Shown: positions 26,638-32,000 of the stretch, piece by piece
Position numbering within the stretch: the stretch's first letter is position 1
Layout of the letters: every line of letters starts with the position of its first letter
NCBI RefSeq assembly: GCF_005696695.1
Contig: NZ_CP040006.1
Location: 30,001 to 62,000, forward strand
DNA from: Schaalia odontolytica
GTDB lineage: Bacteria; Actinomycetota; Actinomycetes; Actinomycetales; Actinomycetaceae
Direction of reading: 5' to 3'
DNA length: 32,000 bases
The notes under the pieces: model-generated
What the model was told of the DNA's origin: nothing
Database searches by the model: none
Seen by the model: the letters and a program-made list of their open reading frames with translations, nothing else
Position numbers and translations under genes: made by a program

Positions 26638-27947
26638 GGGATACGCCCAACGGTGACATCGCCAAAGTTTGCGTAGAAATCTTCCCAGCTCATCGTGAAG
26701 GTTGCTCCAGTGTCTCCTGTGCCTTTAATGCTGCGATTGTTAAGGCCCCACGGGTTGATGAGGGTGACGCCGTTCTCGTCTGCTCCAATCACCGTATATG
26801 CATGTTGGGAGACAATCTTAATTTTCTCGTGAGCCCCGTCGGGGGTGGTGACGGTCGTGTCATGTGTGAATATACTGGATTCTGCGACAACGGGTCTCTC
26901 CGCTTTGATGCCGTTGACAGCAGCTTCTTTCATGGCGCCTCGATCAAGTCCACCCCTAAAAGTCGGTGTGGCGTTCTCACCGGAGATGTCTTTCATTGTC
27001 CAAGCGCTGAAGCTTCCTGATGCTCCCCACGAGGGGAACTTTCCTTGCGTTCCCCCCATGTGCGACTGAACGAAGGCCTTTTCGAAGATGGAAGCGATGT
27101 CCGCCTGTGTATCGTTTCCATTGCCGTGAACGAGGACATCCTGCACGAAGACGCGTTGGTAGCCGCCATCATATCCAGGCAGAGTGACAAAGAAGCCGAT
27201 ACATTGTTCATTGGAGTCGAAAAGAGGAGTGATCATCTTTGCGAGATGTTCGCGTCCTTTCTTGGTCTGGTTGTAAGCGTTTAGTGAGGCGAGTAAGTGG
27301 CAATCGCCAATGCGGCCCTGATCGATGTCAAAAAGAGAGGAAGAAGGGTCAGCTTGTCGGGCAAGGATTTCCTCCAGTTCTGTATATGTCAGGGAGCGAG
27401 TATCCCCATAATCGAGCGTGTTCTTGACGCCATTTGATGTTTCCTCATGAATATCCTCTGGTGTGAAATACAAGGCCTCCCTGAGAAAAGCGGCCGTGCT
27501 CAATGCTCCTTCTGATAGGATATGTTTCGCATCGTCATAGGATTTCTGGAGATAAGCTAGTACGCCCTCAATCTCAGCGTGTTGACTTGATCTGGTTTCT
27601 GGGGACATTGCTTGGAATTGCTCCCACAATTCGTCTGCTTGGGCGCGGATGTTGTTGACTATTCTGATGACCGACTCCAGGATAAAGTAGTAGCTCTTCA
27701 GAGCGTCGGCAGCCTGGAGGCAGCCGTCTTCCCAAATGCTTATCTCTTTTTGTTCCGCTCGTGCGCTGTCGTTAAAGGCCTCTCTAGCGAGTCCTCTCCA
27801 ATCTCCGCATGTGCTGATAGCGTCGGTGAGGCTAGTGCCCAAATCGCGAATATCTCGCCTGCGATTTCTGATTTCGTTTTGGCTCGACCAAATTGCACCA
27901 AGGTCTCCCGTTACTTCTGGGAAACGCTGTGAAAACCGTGTTGACAT
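26634..27947 (-). CDS. WXG100-type N-terminal domain fused to a calpain-like (peptidase C2 / papain-fold) cysteine protease domain; candidate T7SS polymorphic toxin
   Basis: The track ORF starts at 28058 and overlaps the upstream gene by 98 nt. I trimmed it to ATG 27947, with GAGGGA 5 nt upstream, giving 437 aa. The WxG signature is CGDW50RG52LAREAF, flanked by long helical-looking segments. The catalytic motifs are IDQGRIGDC216HLLASLNAY (Cys codon 27300-27302), SQH382AYTVIG (His codon 26802-26804) and LIN398PWG. These match the calpain motifs GDCW.LAA / GHAYSV / RNPWG. Confidence 0.75.
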   Translation of the reverse strand: MSTRFSQRFPEVTGDLGAIWSSQNEIRNRRRDIRDLGTSLTDAISTCGDWRGLAREAFNDSARAEQKEISIWEDGCLQAADALKSYYFILESVIRIVNNIRAQADELWEQFQAMSPETRSSQHAEIEGVLAYLQKSYDDAKHILSEGALSTAAFLREALYFTPEDIHEETSNGVKNTLDYGDTRSLTYTELEEILARQADPSSSLFDIDQGRIGDCHLLASLNAYNQTKKGREHLAKMITPLFDSNEQCIGFFVTLPGYDGGYQRVFVQDVLVHGNGNDTQADIASIFEKAFVQSHMGGTQGKFPSWGASGSFSAWTMKDISGENATPTFRGGLDRGAMKEAAVNGIKAERPVVAESSIFTHDTTVTTPDGAHEKIKIVSQHAYTVIGADENGVTLINPWGLNNRSIKGTGDTGATFTMSWEDFYANFGDVTVGRIP

Positions 27948-27960
27948 AATTCCCTCATTC

Positions 27961-28257
27961 CTACAGCTTGGCTCGAAGTGCCGCGAAGAACTCTGCCGCT
28001 TCATCGTCGGTGTCTGCGGATGCTTGTGCGGTGGTATGTAGGCTGTCGGAGCATCCATTGAGCCATTTTCGCGTCGTTTGGCCGCGCTTGTTGTACATGG
28101 AGACGAAGTAGGCCAGTGCTTCCTGCACGACGGCGTCTCCGCAGTCGAAGGAATCGTCGGACTTGGTGAGCTCCAAGTCGGACATTCTGTCGGCCAAGCG
28201 GCTCATAAGTACTGATGCCTCTTGGACATCCACGGGATTCATCTGAAAATCGCTCAT
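27961..28257 (-). CDS. Small ESAT-6/WXG100-like helical protein (candidate secretion partner/chaperone)
   Basis: 98 aa. It begins MSDFQMNPVDVQEASVLMSRLADRM, the pattern of many Esx-family N-termini. It has no signal peptide. AAGGAGGA lies 4 nt upstream of the ATG. Its stop is 13 nt before the toxin start. Confidence 0.6.
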   Translation of the reverse strand: MSDFQMNPVDVQEASVLMSRLADRMSDLELTKSDDSFDCGDAVVQEALAYFVSMYNKRGQTTRKWLNGCSDSLHTTAQASADTDDEAAEFFAALRAKL

Positions 28258-28290
28258 GACATCCTCCTTGATGTTGTGCTTAACAGACGG

Positions 28291-28319
28291 ACTTTAGTGG
28301 GGGAGAGCACAATATGCAA
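28291..28319 (-). promoter_or_regulatory. Putative sigma-70-type promoter of the three-gene cassette
   Basis: The minus strand reads TTGCAT (28319-28314), then 17 nt, then TAAAGT (28296-28291), about 35 nt upstream of the 98-aa ORF start. Confidence 0.3.
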
Positions 28320-28422
28320 ATCTCCTCATCGGGCCATGGTGGGCGACGGCGCCCGAGCGGAGGTGCTCAGACCGGGGGAAGGGAGGAGGTGCTACGAGTG
28401 TCAGAGGGGTGCAAGAAAGCAA

Positions 28423-28489
28423 CGAAAAAGCGTGACACCTTCGTGGTGTCACGCTGGCGGGGGTGGGGCGCGTGTCGTTCACGCGCCCC
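28423..28489 (-). terminator. Two tandem hairpins terminating the small membrane-protein gene and insulating the cassette
   Basis: ggggcgcgtg / cacgcgcccc (28465-28489). gcgtgacacc / ggtgtcacgc (28430-28454), followed on the minus strand by TTTTTCG. Confidence 0.75.
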
Positions 28490-28497
28490 GCATAAGC

Positions 28498-28716
28498 TCA
28501 GGCGCGAGTGCGAGCGATCGAGAGAAGAGCGGGGGAAACGATCAGGGCGGTCAGAGCGATGACGATCGCGAAGACGACCGATGCGACGGAAGCGACCTGA
28601 AGGGCAGCGAACACGCCGAGGCCCGCGAGAACAACGATCAGGGCGATGAGAACGGAAGCCGAGGCGGTGGCCTGGGACATGGTGGGGGCGGTTTCAGCCT
28701 TGACGATCTGGTTCAT
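28498..28716 (-). CDS. Small hydrophobic protein (72 aa, about 2 TM helices), function unknown
   Basis: The track ORF starts at 28866. I trimmed it to ATG 28716, preceded by AAGGAGAA-CCCC. The sequence is MNQIVKAETAPTMSQATASASVLIALIVVLAGLGVFAALQVASVASVVFAIVIALTALIVSPALLSIARTRA. Confidence 0.6.
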   Translation of the reverse strand: MNQIVKAETAPTMSQATASASVLIALIVVLAGLGVFAALQVASVASVVFAIVIALTALIVSPALLSIARTRA

Positions 28717-28822
28717 GGGGTTCTCCTTATGAGTGTCTTCGCGCGGAAGCACGAAGCGCGCCCCGCACGCCAGCGTGTTTGTGAACCTGTTGGTCCGTGC
28801 CGCCCGGGTGGGCGACGGCATC

Positions 28823-28853
28823 AAAAAAGGGGGCTGACTCGTGGTCGCCCCCC
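28823..28853 (-). terminator. Canonical intrinsic terminator (minus strand) with no gene directly upstream
   Basis: Stem gggggc..gac / gtc..gccccc. An A6 run on the plus strand gives a U6 tract on the minus strand. It lies about 200 nt downstream of the csp stop. Confidence 0.7.
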
Positions 28854-29013
28854 TTGGTGCAGTCACAATTCTACGCGGATTCCACCGCTCGGTCTATACC
28901 GCACAAGCCCTTGTAAGGCATGGCACAGGCATCGTAAAAAGCTGTTAAAGCATTGTTTTGTCAACGAAAAAGACATGCGTGAAGATTAGTAGAGAACATA
29001 TCACTTCGTGCAA

Positions 29014-29046
29014 GTGTGCCCGAGTGGGGACTCCACCCGGGCACAC
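29014..29046 (-). terminator. Hairpin immediately downstream of csp
   Basis: tgtgcccgagtgg / ccacccgggcaca with one mismatch and no U-tract. Confidence 0.45.
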
Positions 29047-29050
29047 AGTG

Positions 29051-29260
29051 TCACTCGGCTCGTGCCACATTCACAGCTTGGAGGCCCTTTGGTCCTTCAA
29101 TCGCCTCATATTCGACCTTCTCGCCCTCTAGAAGAGTGCGGCGCCCAGATTGGCCGATGATGTTTGAATAGTGCACGAAGACGTCGCCGGATTCGTCATC
29201 AGGAGTGATGAATCCGAAGCCTTTGGCGTCGTTGAACCACTTGATGGTCCCGGTAGCCAT
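29051..29260 (-). CDS. cspA: Cold-shock protein (CspA family)
   Basis: The track ORF is over-extended to 29473. I trimmed it to ATG 29260, with AAGGAGGG upstream. [32 protein letters not shown] carries the RNP1/RNP2 motifs. 69 aa. Confidence 0.95.
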   Translation of the reverse strand: MATGTIKWFNDAKGFGFITPDDESGDVFVHYSNIIGQSGRRTLLEGEKVEYEAIEGPKGLQAVNVARAE

Positions 29261-29459
29261 GGGCCCTCCTTCGTGTTCGCCCCAACGCTGGGGCACCGTT
29301 CGGCCCCGTCTGCGGAGTCGACATGGTCCCGTTGCCCCGGCCCGGCATCGATGCCCCCCGGACTGGGCGTGCGGAATCACAGTTATACGGTACCGCACTC
29401 GCGGCGAAAATGTGGCTGACCTGCACAATCGTGACGAAGAAGTTTTCCGCGTGACGACG

Positions 29460-30260
29460 CTACTTATCTCCACTTAGTCGAACCGGAACGATCGCCTGCA
29501 CGTCCTCTCCCTCGAAGGCGACGTTGCCGATCGCCACGTCCACCCCGAAGACGCTCGCGAGGGTGTCCGCGTTCATGACGGAGGACGCGGGGCCGACCAC
29601 GGCCTCGTGAGTGGAGGAGAAGAGCGCGACCTGGTCGGCGACGCGCAGGGCGTGCGCCGGGTAGTGCGTGTTCATGATGATGGCGAGGCCTCGGTCCCTC
29701 ACGAGGCGCTCGAGGAGTCCCAGGACGATTAGCTGGTTGCGGAAGTCGAGGCCGGTTTCCGGCTCGTCGAGCACGAGGACGCGCGGGTCGGCGACGAGGG
29801 CGCGGGCGATGAGGATCATCTGGAACTGGCCGCCCGACATGGTTGCGCAGGGCATCTCGGCCAGGTGGGAGGCGCCCACCTCGTCGAGGACGTCGCGGGC
29901 CATGCGCTCCTCGCGCGCGCCGGGCTGGGCGAGGGTGCGCATGTGCGGGGCTCGCCCGACCATCACCATCTCGAGGCCGGTGAGCGCCACGTTGGATGCG
30001 TTGCGGGCCTGCGGCACGTAGGACAGGACGCGGCCCAGCGCCCGGGTCGACATCGACGAAATGGGGGTGCCGTCGATGAGCGTGCGCCCGCTGTCCCATT
30101 TCTGCAGGCCGATCATGGTGCGCAGCAGCGTCGTCTTGCCGGCGCCGTTGGGCCCCAGGATCGCTAGGAGTGAGCGCTCGGGCACTTCGAAGGACACGTT
30201 CGTCAGGATCGGGGAGGGTGCGCCCGGATAGGTGAAGGTCGCGTTTTCGACGCTGATCAT
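29460..30260 (-). CDS. ABC transporter ATP-binding protein (FecE/FepC/BtuD-type, iron-siderophore/heme/B12 importer class)
   Basis: Trimmed to ATG 30260, which forms an ATGA overlap with the permease stop. Walker [10 protein letters not shown], signature MSGGQFQ, Walker B VLVLDEP. Confidence 0.9.
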   Translation of the reverse strand: MISVENATFTYPGAPSPILTNVSFEVPERSLLAILGPNGAGKTTLLRTMIGLQKWDSGRTLIDGTPISSMSTRALGRVLSYVPQARNASNVALTGLEMVMVGRAPHMRTLAQPGAREERMARDVLDEVGASHLAEMPCATMSGGQFQMILIARALVADPRVLVLDEPETGLDFRNQLIVLGLLERLVRDRGLAIIMNTHYPAHALRVADQVALFSSTHEAVVGPASSVMNADTLASVFGVDVAIGNVAFEGEDVQAIVPVRLSGDK

Positions 30261-31285
30261 CGCGCTCCCCCCGTCCGACGCAGCAGCACGATAAAGAAGG
30301 GTGCACCGATGATGGCCGTCAGGATCGAAATGGGAATTTCCGAGGCCGACAGGGAGCGCGCGAGGGTGTCGATGACGATCATGAGCGCCGACCCGAGTAG
30401 CAGCGAGACGGGGATGACCGCTCGGTTGTTCTGCCCGCACAGCATGCGCGCGCAGTGTGGCACGAGCAGGCCGACCCAGCCGACCTGGCCGCACATTGAA
30501 ATGACCGAGGCCGTGATGACCGTCGAGGCGACGATGAGGATGGCGCGCATGAGGGAGACGTTGACGCCTGCTGAGCGGGCCTCGTCCTCAGACAGGGAGA
30601 GGATGTTGAGCTGCCAGCGCAGTGCCACGATGACGACGACGCCCGCGATGATGAAGGGGGCGCCCAGCGCGATCTGGTGGTAGGTGACCGCGGCAAGGGA
30701 GCCCATCAGCCAGTAGGTGATCTCGGGGAGCTGGCTCGTGGGGTCGGCGGTGAGCTTGAGGAGCGAGAGGACCGCGTTCGCCAGGGCGGATACGATGACG
30801 CCGCCGAGCACGAGCGTGATGACGTTGAAAGAACCCGTGCGCGTGCGCGAAATCGCCGTCGTAAACGCCATCGTCCCCAGGCCTGCGACGAGCGCCGCAG
30901 CCTGCACGCCGATCAGGTTCCAATCCAGCAGCAGGGCGATGACGGCGCCGACGCACGTGCCCGCCGCGACACCCAACGTGTCCGGAGTGGCCAGGGGATT
31001 GGAGAAGAGAGACTGGAACGAGGCGCCGGCAACCGACAGGCCACCGCCGATCAGGATTGCCACGATGATGCGCGGCGCCCGCAGGTCAAACACGACGGAG
31101 TTGACCCGCGGGGGCACCGCCGGGCCACCCCAGAACCTCGCGCGCAGCGCCGCAACCACGTCCTCCAGGGACACGGAAAAACGGCCGATCAGCATGGCTG
31201 CCGCCGCGCACACGACGATGAGGGCGATCAGCGTGGGGACCACCCACACGCGCAGCCGCCCGTTCCTGGTCAGTACAGACTTCAT
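30257..31285 (-). CDS. FecCD/BtuC-family ABC importer permease
   Basis: Polytopic, with family-typical blocks (LGVAAGTCVGAV, ILTAIIGAPFFIVLL). I prefer the ATG at 31285, which has GGAGAGGA upstream, over the track start at 31324. Confidence 0.85.
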   Translation of the reverse strand: MKSVLTRNGRLRVWVVPTLIALIVVCAAAAMLIGRFSVSLEDVVAALRARFWGGPAVPPRVNSVVFDLRAPRIIVAILIGGGLSVAGASFQSLFSNPLATPDTLGVAAGTCVGAVIALLLDWNLIGVQAAALVAGLGTMAFTTAISRTRTGSFNVITLVLGGVIVSALANAVLSLLKLTADPTSQLPEITYWLMGSLAAVTYHQIALGAPFIIAGVVVIVALRWQLNILSLSEDEARSAGVNVSLMRAILIVASTVITASVISMCGQVGWVGLLVPHCARMLCGQNNRAVIPVSLLLGSALMIVIDTLARSLSASEIPISILTAIIGAPFFIVLLRRTGGAR

Positions 31286-31330
31286 GATGTCCTCTCCCCG
31301 ACGCGCGCCGGGAGTAAAGCGCACAAGGGA

Positions 31331-31365
31331 CCCCGGCCTCGTCGATAGGGGAGACGAGGCCGGGG
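31331..31365 (-). other. Perfect 13-bp intercistronic stem-loop between the binding-protein and permease genes
   Basis: ccccggcctcgtc (31331-31343) pairs with gacgaggccgggg (31353-31365), 8 nt after the binding-protein stop. Confidence 0.7.
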
Positions 31366-31372
31366 CCAGGTA

Positions 31373-32000
31373 TCAGGACGCGGAGTCCGGGTTGACGATG
31401 CGCTGGGCCTGCTCGTCCGTGAGCGTGAAGTTGTACATCTTCTGGTAGTAGTCCTTCGTCATCGACACGAGGTCAACGTCGGAGAACTGCTCCGGGTACA
31501 GGGACGCGCCGATCCAGTTCGCCACGATCGGGGAATCCGGGTTGGGGGTGAACCAGTTCCACATGCCCAGGCCGGTGGAGTAGACGCGGCCGGACTTCAC
31601 GGAGCTGAGGGTGGACAGGTCCACGCCCTCGACCGAGTTCGTCAGGACGGTGTTCGCCGTCATGTTCGACATGCCCTTGCCGGTGACGAGGAGGACCTGG
31701 GGGTCCCACGTGAGGACCTGCTCGAAGGTGACGGGCGTGTGCGAAGTGTCGGTGTCGCGCGTGACGTTCGTGTAGTTCAGCGAGTCGGCCCATTCGTTGG
31801 TGAACCAGCCGTCCTTGCCGCCCGCAACCGCGAGCTGGCCGTCGGCCGCGCCCATGAGGACCATCGTCGAGACCTTCTGGTCCTCGGGGACCTTCGCGGT
31901 GCGCGCGCGGGCGTCGGCGACCAGATCCTTGCCGAGCGCGATCTTGTCGGCCATGTGGCCATCCTCGTTGAAGACGTCCTCAAGGAGCTCCATCCACTCC
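31373..32000 (-). CDS. ABC importer substrate-binding protein (periplasmic binding protein, siderophore/heme/B12 class), 5' end beyond the window
   Basis: The frame is open to the right edge. The C-terminal half reads ...QVLLVTGKGMSN...GRVYSTGLGMWNWFTPNPDSP... Its operon context is with the FecCD permease and ATPase. The class call is moderate. Confidence 0.7.
   Translation of the reverse strand, partial: EWMELLEDVFNEDGHMADKIALGKDLVADARARTAKVPEDQKVSTMVLMGAADGQLAVAGGKDGWFTNEWADSLNYTNVTRDTDTSHTPVTFEQVLTWDPQVLLVTGKGMSNMTANTVLTNSVEGVDLSTLSSVKSGRVYSTGLGMWNWFTPNPDSPIVANWIGASLYPEQFSDVDLVSMTKDYYQKMYNFTLTDEQAQRIVNPDSAS

Noticed and set aside
26204-26665. 153-aa alternative minus-strand frame overlapping the 156-aa gene, and small plus-strand ORFs 26619..28041 inside the toxin gene.
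   Set aside because: The 156-aa frame has the ATGA coupling and a clean TM helix. The alternative frame is Arg/His/Pro-rich. The plus-strand ORFs are short, lack an RBS and are antisense to a gene with strong catalytic motifs.
27948-28058. The N-terminal 37-aa extension of the toxin ORF (track start 28058).
   Set aside because: It would overlap the 98-aa gene by 98 nt in another frame and has no RBS. The ATG at 27947 has GAGGGA 5 nt upstream and sits 13 nt after the upstream stop.
26040-28430. Mobile-element call (integrase, transposase, att repeats) for the low-GC cassette.
   Set aside because: I found no recombinase ORF, tRNA or convincing flanking direct or inverted repeats. The similarity between ggtgtgacagcg (left) and ggtgtcacgctg (right) is too weak to count.
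28222-28989. 255-aa plus-strand ORF.
   Set aside because: It runs through three terminator hairpins and is antisense to the well-supported small membrane-protein gene. Its product is Gly/Arg/Asp-rich and low in complexity.
1-32000. tRNA, rRNA, tmRNA, RNase P or SRP RNA genes.
   Set aside because: I scanned the intergenic regions by eye for T-loop (GGTTCGAATCC-like) and acceptor-stem symmetry and found none. A covariance-model scan is needed for certainty.

Overview
The window comes from a high-GC actinobacterial chromosome and is mostly conserved housekeeping DNA. From left to right it holds a large secreted protein cut by the left edge, a NUDIX hydrolase divergent from the CCA-adding enzyme, gnd, and a class A PBP. 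Next come the rpsF-ssb-rpsR-rplI operon, a MATE exporter and dnaB. A seven-gene heme cluster follows, with hemA-rarD on the minus strand and hemE-hemY-hemC-hemD-hemB-hemL on the plus strand. A cold-shock gene and an Fe-siderophore/heme/B12-type ABC importer close the window. Many long ORFs in the six-frame track are antisense shadow ORFs typical of high-GC DNA, and several listed ORFs are over-extended at the 5' end; I trimmed these using RBS position and 4-nt overlaps. The stand-out is a low-GC wedge at about 26.0-28.4 kb between hemL and csp. It is a tightly coupled minus-strand cassette of three genes: a 98-aa ESAT-6-like helical protein, a 437-aa protein, and a 156-aa membrane-anchored protein coupled by an ATGA overlap. 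The 437-aa protein fuses a WXG100-type N-terminal domain (CGDWRGLAREAF) to a calpain-like Cys-His-Asn protease domain. I read this as a candidate type VII-secreted polymorphic toxin with partner and immunity, an architecture I do not recognise as described. The calls are motif-level, made by eye, and need profile and structure searches. Other non-genic structure is worth a second look. A 3+3 mirror array of an AACCTATCC box with a 19-bp step lies between convergent genes. A DnaA-box-like cluster with an AT-rich core lies upstream of dnaB. A repeat-dense noncoding stretch of about 1 kb lies between dnaB and rarD. An orphan intrinsic terminator lies downstream of csp. No tRNA, rRNA, CRISPR array, transposase or integrase was found.
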